64,000 nucleotides of DNA, taken from IMG/VR virus record IMGVR_UViG_3300002141_000152, positions 1 to 64,000 of that record. One strand, given 5' to 3'. This DNA is from a virus. The notes beneath the pieces were generated by a model. That model saw nothing but the letters and a program-made list of their open reading frames with translations. It was not told the origin of the DNA and ran no database searches. The first letter of the stretch is position 1. Every line of letters starts with the position of its first letter. Made by a program: the position numbers and the translations under genes. This document shows, in pieces, positions 1 through 9,103 of the stretch.

Positions 1-735
1 GGTCCTTGATCGCCTTGAGCTCCAGTAGAACCCTGCGTACCTTGTGTACCCTGTGCTCCAGTAGAACCTTGAGTACCTTGTGGTCCTTGATCGCCTTGAG
101 CTCCAGTAGAACCTTGAGGTCCTTGAGCACCCTGAGCTCCAGTAGAACCCTGAGCACCCTGTGCTCCAGTAGAACCTTGAGTACCTTGTGGTCCTTGATC
201 GCCTTGTGTACCTTGTGGTCCTTGAGCACCCTGTGCTCCAGTAGAACCCTGAGCACCCTGTGCTCCAGTAGAACCTTGTGGTCCTTGATCGCCTTGTGTA
301 CCTTGAGGTCCTTGAGCACCCTGAGCTCCAGTAGAACCTTGTGTACCTTGTGTACCCTGAGCTCCAGTAGAACCTTGAGTACCTTGCGGTCCAGTAGAAC
401 CTTGTGTACCTTGTGTACCCTGAGCTCCAGTAGAACCCTGCGTACCTTGTGTACCCTGAGCTCCAGTAGAACCTTGTGCTCCAGTAGACCCTTGAGCACC
501 CTGAGCTCCAGTAGAACCTTGAGTACCTTGAGGTCCAGTAGAACCCTGTGTACCTTGAGCTCCAGTAGAACCTTGAGTACCCTGAGCTCCAGTAGAACCC
601 TGTGTACCCTGAGCTCCAGTAGAACCTTGTGGTCCAGTAGAACCTTGAGTACCTTGTGGTCCAGTAGAACCCTGAGCTCCAGTAGAACCTTGTGTACCTT
701 GAGTACCTTGAGGTCCTTGTGTCCCTTGAGCTCCA
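1..735 (-). repeat. 9-bp-unit tandem repeat encoding collagen triplets (GST, GAQ, GTQ, GPQ, GDQ)
   Basis: Recurrent plus-strand units such as ccagtagaa, ccttgagta, ccctgagct, ccttgtgta. Confidence 0.95.
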
Positions 736-881
736 ACACCACCAACCAAAATACCTCCCGCAGTTGCTCCATCTCCCTTATAAATACTTCCGTTTGTCGT
801 ATCATATACTAATTCACCAACTCCCATAGTTAATGAAGATCGATCAACAGTTGTAATTCTTGGTATTTTAATTTGTCCCAT
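1..881 (-). CDS. Collagen-like (Gly-X-Y) fibre protein with Mtd_N-like N-terminal domain; runs off the window start (3' partial)
   Basis: Manual minus-strand translation from ATG at 881: MGQIKIPRITTVDRSSLTMGVGELVYDTTNGSIYKGDGATAGGILVGGVGAQGTQGPQGTQGTQGSTGAQG..., with no stop seen to base 1. The GELVYDT..GDG.T.GG motif is typical of phage fibre N-termini. Absent from the ORF track because there is no stop codon in the window. Confidence 0.9.
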   Translation of the reverse strand, partial: MGQIKIPRITTVDRSSLTMGVGELVYDTTNGSIYKGDGATAGGILVGGVGAQGTQGPQGTQGTQGSTGAQGSTGPQGTQGSTGPQGSTGAQGTQGSTGAQGTQGSTGAQGTQGSTGPQGTQGSTGAQGAQGSTGAQGSTGAQGTQGTQGSTGAQGTQGTQGSTGPQGTQGSTGAQGTQGTQGSTGAQGAQGPQGTQGDQGPQGSTGAQGAQGSTGAQGAQGPQGTQGDQGPQGTQGSTGAQGAQGSTGAQGAQGPQGSTGAQGDQGPQGTQGSTGAQGTQGTQGSTGAQGDQG

Positions 882-891
882 ACTTTATTAT

Positions 892-1137
892 TTATATTCT
901 TAAACCTAAATCAAAAATTTCATTTCCAGTCATTCTATCTCCCAAGTCAATGATTTCTCCACTACCTCCACCGCCACCGCCTGTACCTTCAATAACAGTA
1001 ATGGTTCCAAAGTGATCCATTTTAGAGAGATATCCCAAATTATTTGAGTCAAACCCTATTAAAAATGCACCAATTGGAATTTTATCGTAATCGACTGATG
1101 GAAAATCAATAATTGGATATATGAAGCTTACCGACAC
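892..1137 (-). CDS. Small hypothetical protein with Gly-rich linker, probably virion/fibre-associated
   Basis: ORF track; co-oriented directly upstream of the collagen gene and preceded by a GATAAATA motif. Confidence 0.6.
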   Translation of the reverse strand: MSVSFIYPIIDFPSVDYDKIPIGAFLIGFDSNNLGYLSKMDHFGTITVIEGTGGGGGGSGEIIDLGDRMTGNEIFDLGLRI

Positions 1138-1176
1138 GATTCAACAATTCTTTATTATATTTATCTAAAGCATAAA

Positions 1177-1204
1177 AAACTTTATTTCACTTATTTTGTA
1201 TAAG
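1177..1204 (+). promoter_or_regulatory. Putative early/middle promoter AAAC-N18-TATAAG
   Basis: One instance of a bipartite motif that recurs upstream of about 10 genes in the window. Confidence 0.55.
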
Positions 1205-1220
1205 AACTAAAACTGTTATT

Positions 1221-2084
1221 ATGAAGGTATATCAAGCCGCTACTTTTTCAGAGTTATATTACTCTAGCTTAACTGACTTGATGCAAAATCCAGAATATGA
1301 AACACGTCCTCGTGAATTTAAAATAAAGGAGAATACAAATGTTGCGTTAATCCTAGAAAATCCGCTATCTTGTCTTTTTTCAAGTGAAACTCGATCTTCT
1401 CAAAAGAAGTATATTGCTGCTGAATTACTATGGTATTTTATGGGCAGAAATGATGTTGAATTTATTAAAAAGTATGCTAAATTCTGGGAGTCAATCCAGA
1501 ACGATGACGGGACTGTTAACTCTTCATATGGTTACTTATTATTTAATCAGAAAAATAGCTTTGGGCTCACCCAATACGATTGGGCATATGCCTCCTTAAT
1601 AAAGGATAAAGACTCACGTCAAGCAATAATACATTTCAATTTACCGCAACATCAATATCCTACAAATAAGGATTTTGTATGCACAATGTATGGTATTTTC
1701 CAGATTCGTGATAATAAACTTAATTTTACTATTTCAATGCGAAGTAACGATGTTGTTTGGGGATTACCCACAGATATTGCATTCTTTGCAATCTTACAAA
1801 GCCAATTACATAGACATCTGATGGAAGTTTATCCAGATTTAAAATTAGGAACATACACGCATATTGCAAATTCATTCCACGTATATGAACACCATTTTGA
1901 TATGGTCAATAAACTATTAGACTCACAATTTGTTGCTGAAGAGATTCCTGCAGTTGAGACTTCTTTAATTTCATACACTGGACAGCCAACTGTTGACTTT
2001 GTTGAATTATTTGATTGTACAACTAACTCTACAAATCAGTGGGAAGATAAACTATTTACCTGGATTTTAAAAAATATTAACTAA
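1221..2084 (+). CDS. Thymidylate synthase-fold enzyme, probably a dCMP hydroxymethylase/methylase
   Basis: DSRQA, DFVCT (catalytic Cys154), MRSNDVVWGLPTD, SFHVYE motifs; Asp185 at the position of E. coli ThyA Asn177. Confidence 0.8.
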   Translation: MKVYQAATFSELYYSSLTDLMQNPEYETRPREFKIKENTNVALILENPLSCLFSSETRSSQKKYIAAELLWYFMGRNDVEFIKKYAKFWESIQNDDGTVNSSYGYLLFNQKNSFGLTQYDWAYASLIKDKDSRQAIIHFNLPQHQYPTNKDFVCTMYGIFQIRDNKLNFTISMRSNDVVWGLPTDIAFFAILQSQLHRHLMEVYPDLKLGTYTHIANSFHVYEHHFDMVNKLLDSQFVAEEIPAVETSLISYTGQPTVDFVELFDCTTNSTNQWEDKLFTWILKNIN

Positions 2085-2311
2085 TGAAAAAGATTATTAC
2101 ATCGACTCTTGTAAAAGTTACGACTATTTTACTTACTGCTATTGTGTGTTCTGTTTTATATTATGTAACAGATCTTATTTCTCTGTTTGGAGTAAATATA
2201 ACTTTTTTACAGTGGATCGGAATCACAATTATCAGCTATTTACTATTTTCAAACACAATTACACCTAATTCTCCTAACAAAAATGACACCAAAGGACCTA
2301 AAATATCATAA
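2084..2311 (+). CDS. Small membrane protein
   Basis: Two hydrophobic segments; translationally coupled to neighbouring genes. Confidence 0.6.
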   Translation: MKKIITSTLVKVTTILLTAIVCSVLYYVTDLISLFGVNITFLQWIGITIISYLLFSNTITPNSPNKNDTKGPKIS

Positions 2312-2702
2312 GACATACTTAAAGATGGCCACTGAATGGTCAAGTCTTTCATGTTGTAGTAGAAAGAAAGTTGGTGCTCTAATTGTAAAAGATGGTGCAA
2401 TTATTTCAGATGGGTTCAATGGAACACCTAAGGGATTTCCAAATGAGTGTGAAGATGCAAATGGAAACACTTATTGGTATGTCCTACATGCTGAGGCAAA
2501 CGCTATCTTAAAAGTATCAAAATCTTCACAGAGTACTGATGGTGCAGTTCTTTATGTTACATATTCTCCGTGCAAAGAATGTTCAAAGCTTATTATTCAG
2601 TCAGGAATTAAAAGAGTCTTCTATAATGAAGAGTATCGAGATATTGCTGGATTAAAAATATTACGCGAAGCTGGCATAGATATCCTAAAACTTGATTTAT
2701 AA
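2283..2702 (+). CDS. dCMP deaminase
   Basis: HAEANA and SPCKEC zinc motifs; GFNG motif. Confidence 0.92.
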   Translation: MTPKDLKYHKTYLKMATEWSSLSCCSRKKVGALIVKDGAIISDGFNGTPKGFPNECEDANGNTYWYVLHAEANAILKVSKSSQSTDGAVLYVTYSPCKECSKLIIQSGIKRVFYNEEYRDIAGLKILREAGIDILKLDL

Positions 2703-2705
2703 TAT

Positions 2706-3098
2706 ATGGAAGAGAGACACGTTTCAATAATCTTTGTTAAAGAATATAAAAATTTTATTAGCGCTTTTGAAAGAAAGAGCAAAGAAGATTATGTATTAAA
2801 CGTGAGCAAAATAATCAAAGACAAATTCAATACGAAATTTATTGTGCCAAACAAGGTACAATCATTCTTGCTGAATTATGAGATTAAAAAGCTACTCGAT
2901 AAAGCTATTAATATTAAAAATAAGAAGTACACCAGAGTTGTCTATCTAAATTCAAATCTTTCGGCATCAATTATTATGAATACTATGGCTTTTGTAGATG
3001 AAGAGTATACTGAATTAAAATTTTCATATTTTCTAGTTGAATCTAAGTCCCTATCTGATGATCCAATTGGTAATATTGAAGGACTCAGCAAAATATAA
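2706..3098 (+). CDS. Hypothetical protein
   Basis: ORF track; last gene before a terminator. Confidence 0.65.
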   Translation: MEERHVSIIFVKEYKNFISAFERKSKEDYVLNVSKIIKDKFNTKFIVPNKVQSFLLNYEIKKLLDKAINIKNKKYTRVVYLNSNLSASIIMNTMAFVDEEYTELKFSYFLVESKSLSDDPIGNIEGLSKI

Positions 3099-3116
3099 AA
3101 ATTGTATTTTATACAC

Positions 3117-3145
3117 AAAAAAGGCACTATAATTAGTGCCTTTTT
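3117..3145. terminator. Bidirectional intrinsic terminator
   Basis: aaaaaaggcacta-taat-tagtgccttttt between convergent genes. Confidence 0.85.
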
Positions 3146-3165
3146 AAGTTTTAATCTATAAATAA

Positions 3166-4035
3166 TTAATATTCTTCGTCTTCATCATCATAGTCTTCAT
3201 CTCCTGTTTCAAATGATCTTAATAGTGCTTCTTCATCAGCAACATCGTTTGATTCCGGTTCAGTAAATTCGTCTTCTGGTTCATTAAAGTCATCGTCTGA
3301 TTTATAATAATTAGAATCTTCCTCCTCCTCTTCCTCTTCTTTTTCTAATTCAGTATTATAACGATCAGTTGCAGGTAGTTCAGTATACTGTTCATCGTCT
3401 AATGATATTTCATCTTCTTCTGGTGCAATAGGATCCGCAATAGTTGCTGCATCTGGCATAATATAAAGTTTTCTACTTGGAATATCAACATACGCAACTA
3501 AATCACCATCTGCATCTACGTAATCTACTCGAGATCCGTTTCCACTTTTAGAGAAATCTTGCCAATCGATTTTTGCAGCGTCTAATTTGTCTTCAGCATC
3601 GCCGATTGCATCAAGATCAGTCTTTCCGCGTAGTGCTACTTTTTGTTCCTCTGCCGGATTTGCTCCATAGTACATTTCATTGACAAAACTAGAGAATGTC
3701 GGACACGATTTTCCTTCTTTCATTGCAATATTCGTTACCGGAATTGCAGTAATATATGGATCTCGGTATTCCACTTTGCATTTTTTCTTCTCTTGTTTAT
3801 ATACAAGATCATGAGTCATAGCTTTGTAAGTAGAGTCATAGTGTTTTCCAGCAAATATCGGATCGCGTTCTACAGTTCTTTGAAAACCTGCAAGTTTTGG
3901 TTCCTTATTTACTTTATTGCCTTTTGCATCACGATATAATTTAGCAGAATTAGGACCTCCAAAACCAGGTTTCTTAAGATCCATATAATTGTCAAAATTT
4001 AGGATATCGCGACGATGTACATCAAACATTTCCAT
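3166..4035 (-). CDS. Hypothetical protein with very acidic C-terminus (probable start 4035)
   Basis: The ORF track start at 4095 overlaps the tail tube gene; the in-frame ATG at 4035 (MEMFDVH) avoids that overlap; D/E-rich tail. Confidence 0.65.
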   Translation of the reverse strand: MEMFDVHRRDILNFDNYMDLKKPGFGGPNSAKLYRDAKGNKVNKEPKLAGFQRTVERDPIFAGKHYDSTYKAMTHDLVYKQEKKKCKVEYRDPYITAIPVTNIAMKEGKSCPTFSSFVNEMYYGANPAEEQKVALRGKTDLDAIGDAEDKLDAAKIDWQDFSKSGNGSRVDYVDADGDLVAYVDIPSRKLYIMPDAATIADPIAPEEDEISLDDEQYTELPATDRYNTELEKEEEEEEEDSNYYKSDDDFNEPEDEFTEPESNDVADEEALLRSFETGDEDYDDEDEEY

Positions 4036-4054
4036 GTGTAGTTTAATTCTTTTT

Positions 4055-4624
4055 TTAAACGCGGATTTCTCCAATACGGGTTTCTTTATACGCATCTGCT
4101 CTAAATTTAGCAGTTACTTCATATAGTGTTGCTGAAACATAGTCTAGTGTCATTGGAGTTAATGCGCCCATTGGAATTACTGGTGTAAATCTAAATTCGC
4201 GGAAAATATCTCCAGCTTTATTGAAAATGGCTACATAAATCTGGCCATAATAGTCTCTTTTCAAACCCTGACGACCAGTTAATGGATCGTATGCTAAATC
4301 TGCCCAACCCCTAAGGATATTGTAGATATACATATCATTTTCTTCATTTAAGTTGACCGTGAATTTAATATCCAAGTCAGCTGTTGTCTTTTCAGGAACT
4401 GCTCCAGCAAAAGACCGGCTTGCAAACTTATATTTTTGTTCAACTACTCCAGTTGGAGTTAATTCAGGTAATCCTGATATAGATACTACGTGTTCAACAA
4501 GTAAATCTACGTTTGCTGAAATAATTGCCGGCGGTGTAATAACGACTTCAAACTGATTTAAGAAAAGCGGTTCGTAATAATTAGTTGCTGCTCTAGAATT
4601 ATCCCAATGTGGTAACCCTGCCAT
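4055..4624 (-). CDS. Tail tube protein (T4 gp19-like)
   Basis: 189 aa; EP..LNQFEV, SISGLP, SRSFAG, W.DL.YDP.TG..GLK.DY pattern typical of gp19-family tubes. Confidence 0.8.
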   Translation of the reverse strand: MAGLPHWDNSRAATNYYEPLFLNQFEVVITPPAIISANVDLLVEHVVSISGLPELTPTGVVEQKYKFASRSFAGAVPEKTTADLDIKFTVNLNEENDMYIYNILRGWADLAYDPLTGRQGLKRDYYGQIYVAIFNKAGDIFREFRFTPVIPMGALTPMTLDYVSATLYEVTAKFRADAYKETRIGEIRV

Positions 4625-4656
4625 TTTATTGTGATTATTTTATTTTATTTATTTAT

Positions 4657-5454
4657 TTACGTAGTAAGTTGTTTTAGTGAAGTAGTATCTGTGATATTGA
4701 ATAAATCATCATAGTCTAGTATTATACCTGCTGAAACTTGTGCAGAGCGATTTGAATAAGTATCAATAGCAACAGAGTCACCGGCAAACGCTAGAATTAG
4801 TGATGGAATAATCGTTCTAAAGATTAAATCATCAACATTTTCAATAGCATCTCTTTCTTTTATTGCTGAAATTGGTTCTGGACTAGTATTAGTTATTAGT
4901 AATGGGGTTGTTCCATCTACCTTTAATGAAAAGCTATTCCAGCTTTCTACTGGATTTCCATCTAGTGTATCTACCATTCCGGTTGATACTTTTAAAGTAA
5001 TCTTTGGACTTCCTGAATTAAGACCGCTTGTTGAAACCTCCCTAAGCACTATTTTATTTGTGCTCAAAGTAGCTTCAAAATAAGTATTCTTGAAGTATTT
5101 TTGGTTTAACTCTTTTATTTTGCCTTGGCCTGCATTTCCAGAAAGTTGTATAACTTCTTGTGCATATTCAGGTCTGAGTTTCTTTTTGAGTGCTTCACTT
5201 GCAAGTTCAAACTTTCTTTTAAGAATGTTTACTTCACTAAGTATAACATATGTTGATGTTGCATGTCCGTTTTTAAACTTCATATCGGGAAATAGATCGA
5301 CTTGATGTAGCGTACAATTGATTTTTTTAGGATCAATTTTTGTCTCGCCATCTTCAATTTCCCATTTCACTTCATGACTAACTATAGCTTGAAAGACGAA
5401 ACCTCCGTCTTTTGCGCTAGCCTCATCTCCATATTTTTCAAATAGTTTTGACAT
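4657..5454 (-). CDS. Hypothetical protein (late operon)
   Basis: ORF track; coupled to 5454..5711. Confidence 0.65.
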   Translation of the reverse strand: MSKLFEKYGDEASAKDGGFVFQAIVSHEVKWEIEDGETKIDPKKINCTLHQVDLFPDMKFKNGHATSTYVILSEVNILKRKFELASEALKKKLRPEYAQEVIQLSGNAGQGKIKELNQKYFKNTYFEATLSTNKIVLREVSTSGLNSGSPKITLKVSTGMVDTLDGNPVESWNSFSLKVDGTTPLLITNTSPEPISAIKERDAIENVDDLIFRTIIPSLILAFAGDSVAIDTYSNRSAQVSAGIILDYDDLFNITDTTSLKQLTT

Positions 5455-5711
5455 TAGTCTTTTCTACGATCTCGGGTTCTTTTGTAGTTCTTCCAGACTT
5501 CGTTGTAAATATTACAAGAAGCTCCTAAGAAATTGATGATACCTACATACTTTTTCTTGTCCTCACCATCCATGTTCGCAATTTTAACTCCTAGTTTCTT
5601 TGCGTCATTGATTGTAAGTTCTTCGTCCTCTTCCTTACCGACTAATTTCTTTAAGTCTCCCTTTTTTTCTAATAGAGCAAACTTATGAAAGCTCGCAATT
5701 GCCTTTTCCAT
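5454..5711 (-). CDS. Small hypothetical protein, possible internal head protein
   Basis: N-terminal IASFHKFALLE resembles a capsid-targeting sequence. Confidence 0.6.
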   Translation of the reverse strand: MEKAIASFHKFALLEKKGDLKKLVGKEEDEELTINDAKKLGVKIANMDGEDKKKYVGIINFLGASCNIYNEVWKNYKRTRDRRKD

Positions 5712-5722
5712 CGATTTTTAGA

Positions 5723-5953
5723 TTATTTAGAACGAACAATATTCTTCTTCTTTACCGTGCCTAAATACTGTTTAGTGTATTTGTCAATGTGTGATGTGCC
5801 TTTGCCTTTAACCGGCCCTTCAGCTAATTCTTGCTTTACTTTTGCAGTTCCAGTAGCATCATCATTTTTAATGTTGCCTTTTCCGTTATAACCAGCAACA
5901 GCTTTTTTGAAAGCTGACATGAATTGGTTGTAGTTCATTACAGGATTACTCAT
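5723..5953 (-). CDS. Small basic hypothetical protein, possible internal head protein
   Basis: Lys-rich; VMNYNQFM N-terminus; late motif at 5970-5981. Confidence 0.6.
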   Translation of the reverse strand: MSNPVMNYNQFMSAFKKAVAGYNGKGNIKNDDATGTAKVKQELAEGPVKGKGTSHIDKYTKQYLGTVKKKNIVRSK

Positions 5954-6038
5954 TTTTATCCAGATTTTTTTATTATTTATCTTTATTCTTCGATATTTTT
6001 TTAGTATTGTTTATCAGAGATAACTCTATTTTAATCAA

Positions 6039-6821
6039 ATGCCCGAACTAGCAGAAATAAAGATAATGGCTGAATACATCAATAATGTATGTCATGGCGA
6101 AGATTTTACAAGTTTTTCTGTCTCACCAGAGGTTGCTAAACGACTTTCGTTAGTTCAACCGACTGAATTACAAATATTTGACATTTCGGCAGAGTCTAGA
6201 GGTAAAGAGCTGTGTTTAACCCTCTCTTCAGGAATACATAAATATCAGCTCTCTGTCTCCATGGGCATGTCCGGCCACTGGGTCTTTTGGGACTCAGGCA
6301 TTTCACCAAAACATACTCATCTTAAATTCAATACAGTAAATGGCCGGTGTTTATGTCTAGTAGATGCTCGTCGTTTTGCTAAGTGGAAATGGAGCACTGG
6401 CTGGTCCCAAAATCGAGGCCCATGTCCAGTTACACAATTTAATCACTTTAAGGAAAATATATTTAATTCATTTAAGCGAAAGGAATTCGATAAGCCAATT
6501 CATCTCGTGCTCATGAATCAACTATATTTTAATGGTATAGGAAACTACTTGCGTGCCGAGATAATGTACAGAGCATCTCAGGATCCCTTCGAGGAGGCTC
6601 GAATAGCTCTTACTAAGAATCCAAAATTACTTGAACTATGTGAGACTGTTCCATTTGAAGCATATCTTATTGGCGGCGGTCAGTTGAAAGACTGGAAAAA
6701 CCCATTTGATATTCCAGAGAATGGCTTCTCTGATTGGCTTACATGTTATGGAAAATCAGAGTGTTCCCTGATTGATGCAAATGGACGAAAATTATGGTAT
6801 TTTAAAAAACAATTACAATGA
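6039..6821 (+). CDS. Fpg/Nei family DNA glycosylase (NEIL1-like; no canonical 4-Cys zinc finger)
   Basis: N-terminal MPELAE, RGKEL, MGMSG, D.RRF and H2TH motif FNGIGNYLRAEI. Confidence 0.9.
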   Translation: MPELAEIKIMAEYINNVCHGEDFTSFSVSPEVAKRLSLVQPTELQIFDISAESRGKELCLTLSSGIHKYQLSVSMGMSGHWVFWDSGISPKHTHLKFNTVNGRCLCLVDARRFAKWKWSTGWSQNRGPCPVTQFNHFKENIFNSFKRKEFDKPIHLVLMNQLYFNGIGNYLRAEIMYRASQDPFEEARIALTKNPKLLELCETVPFEAYLIGGGQLKDWKNPFDIPENGFSDWLTCYGKSECSLIDANGRKLWYFKKQLQ

Positions 6822-7198
6822 AAAAACTAGACAATTTCTTAGAAACCGCAGCCTATTGGCAACTTTTTATAATATTTGAGATATTGTGTCTCATAATGGT
6901 TAAAATATGCTATCAATTTATTTTACCGGAGGTTGGCTGGTATATTATTAGTGGCGTGGCAACACTATTATCTCTTTTTCTATTAGCTGCAATATATTTT
7001 GCTAGCGTTGCAAAGTATCTACATAAATACTGTAATGAATTTGAAGAAAAAGTACATAGTGCAACAACCAGAGAAGAACTTGAAGAATTATTAAAAAATG
7101 ATTTTACAGAGCTAGTAAAACTATCATTTACTAGGCACCAATCATATCGATTAAAAGAACTTTATACTATTCTAAAAACTAAATATCAATATTTATGA
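6818..7198 (+). CDS. Membrane protein
   Basis: Two N-terminal hydrophobic helices; overlapping stop/start. Confidence 0.6.
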   Translation: MKKLDNFLETAAYWQLFIIFEILCLIMVKICYQFILPEVGWYIISGVATLLSLFLLAAIYFASVAKYLHKYCNEFEEKVHSATTREELEELLKNDFTELVKLSFTRHQSYRLKELYTILKTKYQYL

Positions 7199-7470
7199 TA
7201 AAACGAACAAAACGTGAAGCCTTTGCACTTAGTGCAGTTCACAAGCAGCTTGAAATAGCTGGGGTCGATAAGTCCGTCCTAGAAACTGATCATGACTCAT
7301 GGTTCTCAAACAATACGATAACTGAAGAACAGCATGCTGTCTGGAAAGCCTGGTTTATCGGTGAAGCTCGACGAATTTTTCACATGACCAAAAAATCAGC
7401 AGAAAAGGAATTTTCTTTCTTTGATTTAGGTTATGGATTACGCGTCGCTGACTCAGAAAAGGTCAAGTAA
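7195..7470 (+). CDS. Hypothetical protein
   Basis: ORF track; ATGA coupling. Confidence 0.6.
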   Translation: MIKRTKREAFALSAVHKQLEIAGVDKSVLETDHDSWFSNNTITEEQHAVWKAWFIGEARRIFHMTKKSAEKEFSFFDLGYGLRVADSEKVK

Positions 7471-7510
7471 ATCAAAACTACTTTCGATAAGAGTAGTAAA
7501 TAATCAATAT

Positions 7511-9103
7511 ATGGCAGAAATTAAGTTGGAGTTTACTCCACGAGAACAGCAGACCGCAATACTTGATTTCGTTAAGGAGTCTGTTGCTTCTAACAAAAAA
7601 TTCATAATGATTGACGCACCAACCGGTGTCGGTAAATCATATGCTGCAATCATGATCGCAGAGTGGTATCGTCGTGAGGTCAATAAGAAGGCAAAGATGG
7701 ATATTGTAACAAATACCAAACTTCTACAAGACCAATACATCAGAGACTTTGATTTTATCGCTAATCTCAAGGGCAAAAACAATTATTGGTGTAAAAAACA
7801 GAATATGGGCTGCGGCGACTCACAAATCCTAAATAAAGCTGCCGGTAAAAAATGTGAAGCGTGTGGATATAAAATTGCTCAAGGGTATTTTATTCGAAAT
7901 CCACTGAGTCTTACTAATTTTCATCTTATTACATCATATGCAATGTATTCTCCAGATTTACTAGCAGAGAGAAATTCGAAACTGCTAATAATTGATGAGG
8001 CTCACTCTTTTGAAGAAGCATTTTGTGATTTTATTTCTTCTTCTTTTTCAGAACGCAGTCTAAAGATACTAAACATCTGGCAGCCATGGATGGAACGGGA
8101 CCTCGACGGAATCTCTAATCTGACAGAATTATCAGAATATGCAGCAACTATTCTGGTTCCATTGCTGGCCTCAGAAGCTGCTACTCTACTCGATGAAGCA
8201 AAAGACACTAGAAGTCGTACTAAAAAATTAGACCTTATCAAGAAAGCTGATCACGTTGATAAATCAATGTGTAAGATAAACAGATTTGTGAACGACAAAG
8301 AGAATTACGCTGCAAATTGGACATTTGAAAAGGATTTAGATCAGTATGGTAAAACTAAAATTCTAGTTGAACCGATTTGGGGTAATATCTACCTTACTGA
8401 AATGTTTTGGGACCACTATGACCATGTTATTTTTATGTCAGGTACTCTACTTGATAGATCACTTTTTTCATTCTTAATGGGAATAAGTACAGATGACTCA
8501 ACATATCTTGCCCTACCATGTCCATTCGAGTCGACTAACCGCCCAGTAATTTATCTAAAGTTTGGTAAAATGTCTTATTATAACAAACAAGAATCATTTA
8601 CTCGAGCAATTCCAATTCTACAAAAAATATTGGAGAAGAATAAAGAGAACAAGGGTATTATTCATACATCAACTTATGAATTCAGTAATTGGATAAAAAG
8701 TACAGTCAAGGATGACCGACTTATTTTCCACGATTCACTAACTCGAGAAAAATCTTTAGAAAAACATTTAAGTTCTCAATTTAAAACTGTATTAGTATCT
8801 CCATCGATGATTAATGGTGTTGATTTAAAAGATGACTATTCTCGCTTTCAAATAATCCTAAAAGTACCTTTTCCTAATTTAGTTAGTACAAAAATAAAGA
8901 AGAGATTAGAGACTCGCCCAGATTGGTATAATTGGAAGACCCTAATTGATCTTCTTCAAGCATATGGTAGATCTATTAGAAACGATGATGATTGGGCAGA
9001 GACATATATCTTAGATGAATGCTTCGATCAGATATTAAATAATAAAGCAGTGCCTCAATATTTTTTAGATGCACTAAATATAAAAAAGTTAGCAAAGAAA
9101 TAA
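7511..9103 (+). CDS. DinG/Rad3-like SF2 helicase (probable start 7511)
   Basis: PREQQ Q-motif, APTGVGKS, IIDEAH, MSGT, GVDL, QAYGRSIR. Confidence 0.88.
   Translation: MAEIKLEFTPREQQTAILDFVKESVASNKKFIMIDAPTGVGKSYAAIMIAEWYRREVNKKAKMDIVTNTKLLQDQYIRDFDFIANLKGKNNYWCKKQNMGCGDSQILNKAAGKKCEACGYKIAQGYFIRNPLSLTNFHLITSYAMYSPDLLAERNSKLLIIDEAHSFEEAFCDFISSSFSERSLKILNIWQPWMERDLDGISNLTELSEYAATILVPLLASEAATLLDEAKDTRSRTKKLDLIKKADHVDKSMCKINRFVNDKENYAANWTFEKDLDQYGKTKILVEPIWGNIYLTEMFWDHYDHVIFMSGTLLDRSLFSFLMGISTDDSTYLALPCPFESTNRPVIYLKFGKMSYYNKQESFTRAIPILQKILEKNKENKGIIHTSTYEFSNWIKSTVKDDRLIFHDSLTREKSLEKHLSSQFKTVLVSPSMINGVDLKDDYSRFQIILKVPFPNLVSTKIKKRLETRPDWYNWKTLIDLLQAYGRSIRNDDDWAETYILDECFDQILNNKAVPQYFLDALNIKKLAKK

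Noticed and set aside
1-735. Repeat array as possible CRISPR or DGR/VNTR element
   Set aside because: No constant repeat with unique spacers; the units are in-frame Gly-X-Y codons, and no cas or reverse transcriptase gene is in the window
6-812. 268-aa plus-strand ORF (SSRTL repeats)
   Set aside because: Antisense shadow of the minus-strand collagen gene; the 9-bp repeat keeps the frame open
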